From Glaucostegus cemiculus (Eukaryota): a stretch of 64,000 nt of DNA. Shown piece after piece: positions 27,043 through 38,657 of the stretch. Location of the stretch: positions 434,001 through 498,000 of the forward strand of contig CDPCPM010000197.1 in NCBI GenBank assembly GCA_976551045.1. Direction: 5' to 3'. The notes under the pieces are model-generated. The model was not told the DNA's origin. It saw only the letters and a program-made list of their open reading frames with translations, and searched no databases. A program made the translations under genes and the position numbers. Within the stretch, counting starts at the first letter, position 1. The number at the start of each line of letters is the position of its first letter.

Positions 27043-29146
27043 TCTATAGGCCCAAAAAAATTACAAATTGCCCTTTCAAATTCATCATATTTGAATGCAC
27101 AAAGCCAAACTTAGCAGATGCATGTATGCATTTATGAATACTTTCCGGTAATTTGGAACCAAAACCATAAAATGATGCACGTGGCTGATAGATTAAATTA
27201 TTAAAAACACAAGAAATAGAGAAGTCCGCAATATTAACCAAATACCCCAGAACCATCTAAGGCACGTCACGGCCGCAATACCTCAACATAAAACAAGAAT
27301 CACGTGAGTGTTCGCGGGCTGGACACTCGCAAGTTGTGGACTTTTTTTGCCGTCTGATATCAGTTTCCTAAAAGGCTCTAAAATTCTTCACCTAATTAGC
27401 CAGTTGTGTAGTCACAAGAGGATCGCGTTTTGATCAGGTACCTTTTGTGCGAATTTCGCGGCCTTATTGGTTGTCTTGTTGGTGTATGATGTGGAAAAAT
27501 TGCAATTTTTAAAAGAGTTGTATCGCGTCAAATCGAAGAATTTGTTCCGTTATATTTAACATTTCAGATAAGTTGCGGGAGAAAATAAATATATAATGGG
27601 CCAATAATACTGGCAAGAGGCATTGCTGACAATGAAAGTAGCAAGACTGTAACAATCAGAAAGTTGCCCTGTAACCTTGTAGGGAAAGGGAAGCAGTGTT
27701 AAATTATTATAATCTGAGCCAGAGAAACGGCAGGTACAGGTAGCTGGAAAGGACAAACTTTCGAAGAGAAGCCGTTTAACAAAGTGCTGTACAATAGAGT
27801 TTATTTATTCCGACGCTAAAACAATTTTCCCTGAAGGTTAATGCAACTGCTTTATAAGGCAAGTTATTTTAAAAACGTGAATATTTTCAGAATCGAATCA
27901 TTTTTTCCAAGTTTTTAAAGTATTTCACATACTACATGTGTGAATATATTTGAGCACCTTTTTTTTCATGAGAAAATCCTTATTCGACCATATTCCACAG
28001 GTCACGAGAGATGTTAATAACCTGGTATCTAACCCAAATCTCAAATGGTTATACACAGTAAGTTTGGACGTATTATTTTTCCAGCACCAGTGTGTTCATC
28101 TCTTCGGAATTTGCAATGTTCTCTTTACAGAATTGAATCAAAATGTACAACTCAAGAAATCATCTGTTTTCTTCGGAAGTCTTCCTATACTGGGAGATTC
28201 TTATAGAAAAACATTGTATTTAAATATCACTAATAGGTGGTCGGAAATAATGCATGGTTAAGTCGTAGAGAAATCGGTAGAAAGACATTAATGAATATGT
28301 AATAATTTAATGGGCATTATGATTATCATGACATTGATATCCGAAAGTTTTACTTACACCTTACGTTCAAATAAGTTCTATTTTAACTAACTTTTAAACT
28401 GTGATGAGAGCGAAAAGACTGTTAATTTGGGTCAGACTTATGTTTGCACATGGATATTCCGAACAACAGTACAAAGTAAGCTGTTTGCAATGATTAAAAT
28501 ATATGATTACATTTAGTATGTTTTGCCATATGTGCTAAGATTTGAGAAAGTAATTGGAGCTGAAAGCCCAAGTACTGGATCTATTGTACTAGAAAACGGT
28601 TCGGCTTTACTCTACTGCATTTCATGTTAGTTGGGGTCTGGAAATAGTTCACAATCAATTGCCAAAATAAAATTATAACACTTAAAAATTAACGTAGGGT
28701 TCACATATCTCATCATTACTGCGTTTCTTTAAGGGTTTAATCTCAAACAATGGTTAAACATATGGCCCAGGATTACCACAGTTTTTTCTCAAGTTAACAC
28801 TCGATTTTAGAATGTAGTGTCAATTCATTTNNNNNNNNNNNNNNNNNNNNNNNNNNNNNNNNNNNNNNNNNNNNNNNNNNNNNNNNNNNNNNNNNNNNNN
28901 NNNNNNNNNNNNNNNNNNNNNNNNNNNNNNNNNNNNNNNNNNNNNNNNNNNNNNNNNNNNNNNNATAGCTTCGAAGCAGGTTCATGTCCTCTGCTTTCTT
29001 CTCTGAACTGTACATTACACTTGCCGGCAGTAGGAAATATTGCGTCCAAGCTGGGAGCTAAAACAACTTTAATGAGGACAAATTTGCAATATACATTGAG
29101 AACCAATAAGGAACAGTCCATAATTCATTTTTAAATTAAACGTTTT

Positions 29147-29149
<3 letters not shown>

Positions 29150-29194
<45 letters not shown>
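29150..29194. repeat. (TA)n microsatellite
   Basis: Visible dinucleotide run. Confidence 0.95.
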
Positions 29195-29202
<8 letters not shown>

Positions 29203-29929
29203 AGTTTATTGTTTAAAATAGTAATCGGCTACAGAGAGTCCACTTCAGGAAACCTATATTTTACTGTTCCACACAGAGCGTCTCATAAAAACACTAACTG
29301 CCGTTCACTGCATGTTATAAACAATAACAGGCTGCGCTTTTATTGCGCTTTATAGTTCCTTAATCTCTTTCCTATAGTTCTCAGATGACTGTTACTGTTC
29401 CAGGGTCCGTCCACGCACCAGATAAAGGGCTTTATTAATAATAGGAAAACGGATCATTAAATTGTTAAATACCACTAGAACTCCTTATTATGATTAAACA
29501 TTTTTTAAAAAAATTCCCAAATAATTTGCACGAGACTGCTGCTGGACATATCGCTGTACTGCAATAACTTGGGAGGAAATATAGCAATTAGGTCCAAAGT
29601 TGATGGTAATTAGATTTTAGGTTTGCTACTGTACTTTCATGTCTTGTTGATGTAACTCTGACCTTTAAAAGAGACGCATATTCTCATTAAATGGTTTGGA
29701 AATTAACGTCTGACTCTCCATCCTCTACTTCACAACAGCATAGATACTTCCCCTTATCAATCTTTTGGTGGCGTATGTATTTCATCTGTTGTAAAGCGGC
29801 TGATATCCCGGTAATGAACATGGTGGAATATATTAATCCGCATATTCCCCCCTCTCTATCTTTCTCTCATTCTCTCTCTCTCTCTCACCATTCCCTTTCC
29901 ACGCGGTGCAGTGTCCGTACGGAGTAAGC

Positions 29930-30050
29930 AAAGCCAATAGGACGTGGTTGGGCTAATAAATGCAAATTATCATGAAAAGAGACGGCAAAATATGAAACAA
30001 CTCATTTGGGCTGAAGTAAATCACAGAAAACTGTTTATGAGTGAACCTCT
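29930..30050 (+). promoter_or_regulatory. HoxB8 promoter/5' conserved block
   Basis: CCAAT, octamer-like ATGCAAATT, and GTAAATCA (Pbx-Hox site on the - strand) plus TTTATGA, 150-270 bp 5' of the ATG. Confidence 0.55.
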
Positions 30051-30201
30051 TCACGAAGATGTGATACCGGGATGCTGTGTGTTGAGATCAATAAGATGAA
30101 GGTTTAATTTTCCTAGAGAAAAAAATCCTTGGTTTATTTGTTTGTCTGTTTACCAAACACTAAGTTCCCTCCGTTCAGCAGAAAGATCTAGTCCTTTCCA
30201 G

Positions 30202-30628
30202 ATGAGCTCCTACTTTGTGAATTCGCTGTTTTCCAAGTATAAAAGTGGGGACACTCTTCGTCCCAATTATTATGACTGTGGGTTCAGCCAAGACCTGGGC
30301 ACTAGAGCCACCGTGGTCTATGGACCCGGCAGCGGTGGAAGCTTCCAACATCCCAGTCAGATCCAGGATTTTTACCACCACGGCGCAGCCACCCTCTCCA
30401 CCTCCGCGTATCAACAGAATCCATGTGCGGTGACGTGTCACGGGGATCCCGGCAGTTTCTACGGCTACGATGCCTTGCAAAGGCAGCCAATTTTCGCCGC
30501 CCAACAAGAGGCCGAGCTGGTCCAGTACCCCGACTGTAAATCGACGGCGAACAGCCTAGGAGAAGAAGCAGAGAATTCAGAACAGAGTTCATCTCCGACA
30601 CAGCTCTTCCCGTGGATGAGACCGCAAG
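30202..30628 (+). CDS. hoxb8: HoxB8 coding exon 1 (spliced protein 234 aa with the first acceptor)
   Basis: [28 protein letters not shown] to [12 protein letters not shown]; donor CAAG|GTGAGA at 30629. Confidence 0.96.
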
Positions 30629-31002
30629 GTGAGACATGAACCCGCAAGAAATAAAAGGGGTGAAAGTGAGGATAAGGTGTAAAGTCTCTCACACACGGGC
30701 ATCACACACACACAGACACGCTTATGTTAGAAACCCAGTAAGGTTCATTTCCTGAGCCAATAAAGAAAAGACTCTAACTTTAGTGTTTTATGATTCTAAA
30801 CTTCACCACTTGTAAATTACTTTATACTTTAATGATCCTGAAGGCGGTTTTAAGTGTACTATATTATGTGCTGTTTGTAGCTTTATTGCAATTTTATGGC
30901 GTATTTCTTCCTAAGATGTTGAATAGTGTTTAATAGTGTTTGAATCCTGCTTTAGTAACCCTGGTGTAACACTTGCAGAAACTGACTGTTTCCCCTTCTT
31001 TT

Positions 31003-31004
<2 letters not shown>

Positions 31005-31066
<62 letters not shown>
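31005..31066. repeat. (TC)n microsatellite forming the HoxB8 polypyrimidine tract
   Basis: Visible run just before the 3' splice site. Confidence 0.95.
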
Positions 31067-31068
<2 letters not shown>

Positions 31069-31081
31069 CTCTCTTACTCAG

Positions 31082-31359
31082 TAGCTGCAGGACGGCGCAG
31101 GGGGAGACAAACATACAGTCGCTATCAGACACTAGAACTTGAGAAAGAGTTTTTGTTCAATCCATACCTGACTCGCAAACGGCGGATCGAAGTGTCGCAT
31201 GCCCTGGGACTAACCGAAAGGCAGGTCAAAATTTGGTTCCAGAACAGAAGAATGAAATGGAAAAAGGAAAATAACAAAGATAAGTTTCCCAGCAGTAAGT
31301 CTGAAATAGAGGAGAGTCCGAAGGAAAAAGACGGAAAAGAAGATGAAGAAAACGATTAA
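31082..31359 (+). CDS. hoxb8: HoxB8 coding exon 2 (homeobox)
   Basis: [70 protein letters not shown]; the acceptor could alternatively end at 31084. Confidence 0.95.
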
Positions 31360-31710
31360 CAGTAATGATTACAAAATAATAAGTTGACAAAACAAGGAGG
31401 GTGAATTGATAGGATAAGGTAGTCAAATTTTAAGCAGTGCGGGTGTGAGATGCAGAACAAATGTTACTGATTACTGTATGATATAAAACATTGTACGAAA
31501 ATGTATGAAGGTGTAGACTAAAAGGACCATTTCAACTTTCTACCAGACATTTACATGTCATTGTGTAACATTCTAGCTATTTAAGTGAGTTCCTGTAAAG
31601 TATTTAACGTGAAGTTCATAGGACAATGTGCTAGTTTGTGTGTTGAAATACCATTGTAGTATATTTAAGCCGTGTGCACTACATCAGCTAATAACTATTA
31701 GCTTAAAAAT

Positions 31711-31732
31711 CCCGACAACATGAAGCTGCCTA
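31711..31732 (+). promoter_or_regulatory. Extensively complementary miR-196 target site in the HoxB8 3' UTR
   Basis: CCCGACAACATGAAGCTGCCTA pairs with all 22 nt of miR-196a, with three G:U wobbles; homologous to the known HOXB8 cleavage site. Confidence 0.93.
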
Positions 31733-32774
31733 TTTAAGCTTTAGCTGATTAGATTGTGTTATTGTTGACGGCTTTGGTGTATTTATAAAATTGTTTTCTT
31801 CAAGTTGGCATGTGCATAAGCAAAGTCTGTTTTTTTTAAAGAAACAAGGAGAAAATAATCCTCCAGTTTTATCTGTGAGAAAATCTACTGTAAACGCGAA
31901 TTGCATTTATTGGGGGAGGTGCGGAGAGGGGGTTGGGGTCGTAGGACCGGTGATGCATTATTGTTATACACAAAATTGGACCATTGTTTGAACATGCAAG
32001 CGGCGGAAAGGGGCGCAATAAACTTTACCAGTTAAAAAAACAACTGTGAAATGGCTTGGCTTTTTTCCTTTCTTAATGCAATTTCTTTGAATGAAAGACT
32101 TGGCAAAAATATTAACTTATGCGCGCCGTGTCGGAATAGAGAAATAAACACATAGGTGGATGGATCATGCTATTGGAAAGTGCACATTAAAATATCAATA
32201 ATACATAGCTATCACACTTAACTCAATTTGTCTTTGTGACTTTTTTATTAGTGTCCTGTGAATGTTTGGAGTTTTCTTGCCTCATTTGCACTCACGATTC
32301 CTCCCTCCCTCCCTCCTAAACCCTCCCTCTGTAAGAGAACAAGTTGCAGTCGATTCTGCGATATTTGTGGCTAATATAGTGTGGGCACATATTTTTTTTT
32401 GTTTGTGTGTATCCGACCGTTGCAATTTGCTGTTGGGAAAATAGATCCTGAAGGTTCTCCTCTGACCAGGGACCGATATTAAGATGGATATCGATTATAG
32501 GAACTTATAGCATGTTTTATTAGAACGTAAACGGGCCAAAAAATATGCTGTTTTGACAAATGTGTTTTCCACTGTAACCTGATTCCAACCTGCAGAAAAC
32601 GAATCGATTTTATTTAATTCCTTTCTAAATAGTCGATCAATCCAGCCTATAAACTGAAACCGGTTGCTCCCCACCTTATAATTAAAGTTAGTTACATTAT
32701 TATCTGGATGCAGGAATTTTTTTTGATTAGAAGAATATTTTTAAAATCAACCAAGGAAGCAATGGGTAACCTGG

Positions 32775-32932
32775 CTCTCATTGGCCCGCCGTGTCACGTG
32801 CTATTATCACGTGCATCGGGAGGAAAAAGGGGGTTCTTTTGGTGTAAATCTGGACTCTAATTCCGTAATATATCACCGTACCTCGTAAAACCGACACTGA
32901 AACGTCCCGGCCTACAAATCACCGGCCAAATT
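32775..32932 (+). promoter_or_regulatory. HoxB7 promoter and 5' UTR
   Basis: ATTGG at 32780, CACGTG at 32795 and 32808, GTAAATC and CTCGTAAAA motifs before the ATG. Confidence 0.7.
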
Positions 32933-33332
32933 ATGAGTTCATTGTATTATGCGAATGCTTTATTTTCGAAATATACAGCCGGAACTTCTGTTTTTCCAAC
33001 GGGGGTATTTTCCGAACCAACTTCTTGCGCTTTTGCCTCAAACTCTCAGCGGTCGGGCTACGGCTCAGGGTCGGCTTCTTACGCAGCCACAGTGCCGGGT
33101 CTATACAGCACAGCCAACAGCCTTCACCACCAGACCCCGACCATGTACACGTCTCCTTACGGCCTCAACGCGAACTCCTTTAACATGCACTGCTCTTCAT
33201 TCGATCATAATATCTCATCAATGATGTGCGGCGCTGGGGAATCCTGCAAACAGAGTTGCAGCAAGTCGGAGCAAAGAGAGGTAGACCCGCAGTCCGAGAA
33301 CTTCCGGATCTACCCCTGGATGAAGAGCTCAG
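32933..33332 (+). CDS. hoxb7: HoxB7 coding exon 1 (spliced protein 211 aa)
   Basis: MSSLYYANALFSKY to NFRIYPWMKSS; donor TCAG|GTATGT at 33333. Confidence 0.96.
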
Positions 33333-33964
33333 GTATGTGAAAAGTCACATAAAATGAAACCTCTTGCAGAGATGGTGAATTACTTTATTGCATGAGGGTG
33401 TTGTGTTCATTCATGACGTCCACTAAACAGGGGTATAAAATTCAATGCTCTTCCCCCATTAGCAATTAAGTCACTGATTTGGATTATATTAGTTCCTTGT
33501 TAGAAATGGCCTGAACTACCTTAAATAAGAGCCAGGGAGCTTCAAAGTTGACCATTAAAATACAAACACATTTACACACGTCAAAGAAACAATTTTGATC
33601 TCCTGCATTTTCATCAACCTTTGTTCTTTCCCAAAAAGAAAAAGACAATGAACGCGGAATATCCCCCGACACCCAAGTAGCCTCTGTTTCTGTTTAATTC
33701 CCTTTAATCTGTTTCGATTCCGCTTTCACTTCAAAGTTTGTCTCCGGTTTTCCGAGTTGCAATGTGCTATTGGGAGCTGTGCTTGCGGTTGAAAAGGCTG
33801 GGGGTCGGGGGGATATTGGGGTGGGTGTGATGAGAAATATATCGGGATGAGGCAAGAAGGTGACAGATGAAAACCTCTAAATATTATAAAATATATTCAG
33901 TTCGATATGAAATACTTAAACGTAAAGCGTAACCGTGATCTCATCCAGTAAAACTAACACGCCA

Positions 33965-33997
33965 GTGTGTGTATGTGTGTGTAACGTTTAAGGTAAG

Positions 33998-34028
<31 letters not shown>

Positions 34029-34230
34029 TGTGTGTGTCTATATGCATGTTTGTGTATGTGTGATTCTGTGTGTGCCTGTGTGTGCGTGCGCGCGCCTATG
34101 TGTGTGTGTGTGTCTGTGTGTGTCTGTCTGTCTGTCTATGTCTGTGTGTGTGTGTGTGTGTGTCTGTCTGTCTGTCTATGTCTGTCTCTCTGTGTGTGAG
34201 TGATTGTGTGTGCGCGTGCCTGTGTGTCTG
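33965..34230. repeat. Compound TG/TCTG microsatellite in the HoxB7 intron
   Basis: Visible low-complexity run. Confidence 0.9.
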
Positions 34231-34951
34231 GGTATGTGAATGCATTCGGTTGAAGGTGGTGGGGCGGTTGCAGGTTTGGGATAGGGGGACGGTGGGGAGG
34301 GGTAGGGATGGTTGCTTCTTAGCATCGGTATCCTACTTTAGTAGCCAGGCAAGCGCGGGCTGTTTCTTCGCCTCATCTACGTTTGTTTCATTTTGTCCCG
34401 CATATCGCTGAATAGCAAAACGTTATTGAATTTGGAAACTGCTGCTTTCCAGCACAACCGTGGCGACAGAGTGTACCACAATGCTGTGCTTTAAACCAAA
34501 TTGTTGTATCCATTTTCTAGCTACCTGTCAGTTTCAGGTTACATAACATTAATTCACCAAATCCAAAGAGCGCTGAGGATGTAGTACAATGATCATCCAT
34601 CAATAGATTAAGGCTACTCAACACATACAAAAACTGTCTTAAAAATAATAGCTAAATAGAAAATGAAAGTCAACATGTTACCGAGTTGCCTTACATGACA
34701 GCTACTCAGAAACATGTTGACTTTAATGTTCAGACCCATAAGTGCAGTTTAAACAATGCAAATGCTTTCCATGAAGAACCAAGTCAGTCCTTCTTTATCG
34801 TGCATCAATAAACTTTATATTGATTGGGCTCTGTTAGTTTCCGACAGGAATTTATTGTATTTGTCAATGAGAAATTCGCGGTAAAATATTGAAATTCGTG
34901 ATAAACGTGAAGCGCTGGAAGGGCAATGCTACATTTTTAAGGGACTGTTGA

Positions 34952-35263
<312 letters not shown>

Positions 35264-35356
35264 AGAAAAAATTAAACTTCTAAAAACTTAGAGCATAATA
35301 AATGACTTTAACAAATGGAAGAATTTGTTCCGCATTTCTTAACACTGAAACAGAAT

Positions 35357-35364
35357 ACTACCTA
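35357..35364 (+). promoter_or_regulatory. miR-196 8mer seed site in the HoxB7 3' UTR
   Basis: ACTACCTA about 95 nt after the stop codon; HoxB7 is a known miR-196 target in other vertebrates. Confidence 0.7.
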
Positions 35365-37019
35365 AATCTGTAATTGTTCGATTTGTAGTTTGTATTGTAC
35401 AGATAGAGGGAATAACCCAAGTCTATATTGTACAAGTTATATATAGTATGTGCATTAGGCTTTCTGATGTGGTGAACTTGGCCGGTATTGTAATTAGCAT
35501 TAATTTACCATGTGCATTTGAAGGAAAAAAATTGTCAGTGACTTTATATTTGTTACTGTATTGCTGTAATTTCTTGTTAGTAAGTATAGTTTCGAAAAGG
35601 AGCTGTGTGTAGTCACAACCCGTGTACAGTTTATTAATGTGTGTCCGGTATAAACTCCTGTTATAGTTAAATATATAAAATGGTGTTTTCGTGAAAGTGT
35701 TGAGGGTTACTTCTCTGTACATTTTTAATATTTAAGAATGGACCATTTATGTATGTTGAGTTTACCCGCTTTACCATGAAGGATGTAAACTGTTCTGTGA
35801 AATAAAATGAGGACTTTTTTTTTCGTTATAATGCTTCGAATTCAAAGTGTGTATTTCATGCAACACTTACACTTACCAACAAGCATAAGTATCCCTCAAT
35901 AAAAATCGCGAACGCCGAGGCTGTCTTATGAGTCAACAACAACCAAATTAATGGAATATTAATCTTTCATTTCGAATTTTGACACTCGAATTTTTAAAAC
36001 CTACTCTCCTACTTAAACAGAAACAGGCAAATAACTGCAACATAAGTACTGGAACATATTGAAAGTTTTTGTGGGAGTTGTAATTCTACCAGTGTCTAAA
36101 TAAAGTATAATACACGTAAAAGACAATGGGACTGGGTTAGGGGTCGGATATCAAAGTGATGCATTTCACCGAATTTGCCAATTGTAACATATCTTGCATG
36201 ATGCCTTTTATACAATGTATGTAAATCTAAAGTATCGTTTCCTCGTTAAAAATGTTATTGTCACACAACAGAAACAAATATTCTTTTCTAAATAATGAGC
36301 ACTAATGAATGAAACAGTTGGCACAATTTTGGTACAGAAATTGTAATATTTTTGTACATCAATTAACCACTTTGCTATCAAAAATCGATGATATGTTACT
36401 TAGATATCTTCTTCTCGTATCTGGGCACATTGCTCATTATAGAACGAAAGGGTGAATCTAACCTAATAGCCGGTTTAGTTCCATTCATCCTCGCCCTTGT
36501 TCTTTTGCAATTTGGGACACATAGGACGGGTGAATCCTACCAAATCGATCAAAGAAAACGGTGCGCTATTATACCAAAAACCCCGTGATTTTCCTTTAAT
36601 ATTGTGTCGGAAATCTAGAGATTACCTTCAGTTTGGAGGAAATAATTTATTTAATGTGAAAATCAGCTTTTAAAATGAAGTCAAGCAAATCTTGTTGAAC
36701 TAAACGGGTTATTTAATTATAATAAACACAATAATAATTGAACATCACATTTCTTTCACGTGAATTCCGCAAATAGCGGAAATGCAGACGGAGGACGACA
36801 AGAACAATTTGACTTTCGACAATTATTTTATGCCTGTGGCTGCCTTTTTACTGCAGAGCTACAGAGAATAAGGTCATACTTAAACTGGTACTGTATTAAG
36901 AGGCAATCCATGTGAATCTTAACATTTTGAAAGAAAAGAATTCAGAATAAACATTCTTTTTTGTCATTTCGCTTTAGCTCAAAACATGGCGGCGAGGGGG
37001 CCGGTTGTTAGTAGTCATG

Positions 37020-37170
37020 AAGAAATGCAATAAATTCCTTGTTGTTTTATGAAAATTTACAACTTTGTGATAGAACTTTATGAGTGGATCGGTCCTTCGA
37101 TTGGCCGCTGCCGGTCATGTGGATAGCAACCGTGAACATGAACTTTTTATGATTTCCCATGTGAGTATAT
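37020..37170 (+). promoter_or_regulatory. Conserved PG7/8-PG6 element (four-cluster-sequence-like), probable distal promoter
   Basis: CAATAAA, TTTTATGAAAATTTACAAC, TTTATGA, GATTGGCCGCTGCCGGTCATGTGG and AACCGTGAACATGAACTTTTTATGATTTCCC; recalled as shared among Hox clusters. Confidence 0.7.
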
Positions 37171-38567
37171 TGCAGTATTCTTTTGGCCACCGTACCTTGG
37201 GTCGGTTCTGTGTCCTCCTCAGGGCTTCTATCGTTTTTTTTTCAAACTTTCGTAGTTACTATTGGAGCTGAAAACACACACACACATACATGCACACATA
37301 CACGTACATATAAAGTAAATACTTTTTTTTTGCAATCTGCCACTTGTCTGTCGATTGGGAATTTCAGCAATGGATGCAGTGATGTGGATGATATCATTTT
37401 TCAAAGAGGCTCGAATTCCGAATTCCCGTATACATGACAGATCCATGAACCCCCACCATTCTGCGGGTTCAGGTTAACCGACGGCTATCAGTTTGGGACA
37501 ACACTGTGCGTGAAAAAAAATCGCGCTGGTTCCAAAGTAAAAGGGGGAAGATCGAAACAAAATCACAGATGATGCTGCCAAGGTAAGGTGGATATTAGCA
37601 CGTATTTTACAATTGATTTTTATCATTCTGTTAAAGGAGCTGTGTGCAGAATATCAGCGGGGAAAAAAACCCTTAGAGGAAATAATTAGATATTTGTTGA
37701 CGTCAGTTGGAGAATATATTTTTGTATCTTTTTTTCTAATAAGGCTGTGTTTGGAGATTGTTATGTGATGCTGCCGTGGAAGTTGATTCTTTAGTTCAAA
37801 TGGAAGACCGCCAGTCCTGGGACTGATTTGTTTTCCACAAGCGTGTATGCTTTGCCTGCCTGTTATACAATTGGGGCATCAGTTATCCACTGTAACAGTG
37901 GCGTGTTGACAAATCTATAATTATGTTCGGGGACTAATTCTGTTACATGGTAATGTTAAATGAGCTTCATGATTGTTGATCTTTTCTCGTGGGTCGCTCG
38001 ATACGTAAACAGTTTTATCTGGAGCAGCAATGAGAACGGGCAGTGTCGCCGAGAGTGACGCACAGACGTATTATAATTGTATTGTAGTAGTGATATTTTT
38101 CTTCTATTGTGCCTGATGGTTGTCAATAATTTGTTCTGAGCCGAGAGCCGGTGCTGTAGTTACAAATTCATGCCTTCATCATATGCGACAGGTCTTTTCT
38201 TTTTGTTAGAGGGCATTAAGGTTTCAGCTTACATCAATAGCGGATGACTGTAAGATGATATAATATAAGATGGCGTTTAGATCACCGTGGTTTAGAATGT
38301 TTAGCAAGCAAGAGGCCCAGCAGTTCTGTAGTGATATAATATCAATCCACCAGGGTTTTCTTTTCTGGGGGCGGGGGTGGGAGTAGGGGCGGGGAGAATG
38401 GATTTGTTGCTTTCTGCTGCCACCTTGCGTTCTAATGGCCTGAAGAAAGCGGAATATAAGAAGCGAAAGGAATATACTGCATTGTATCTGCAGAATATGA
38501 AAAAAAACCTGAGCTGTTCAAAGGTGCACCGGCGATACACATACATATATATGTCTTCGCGTTGTGC

Positions 38568-38583
38568 TGTGTGTGTGTGTGTG

Positions 38584-38637
<54 letters not shown>

Positions 38638-38657
38638 CGCGCGCGCGCTCGCGCGCG
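38568..38657. repeat. (TG)n(CG)n alternating purine-pyrimidine tract
   Basis: Visible run of about 90 nt ending in about 28 nt of CG alternation. Confidence 0.95.

Noticed and set aside
30142-30201. N-terminal extensions of HoxB8 and HoxB4 (60699) in the ORF track
   Set aside because: They begin at non-ATG codons; the conserved MSS starts are at 30202 and 60732.
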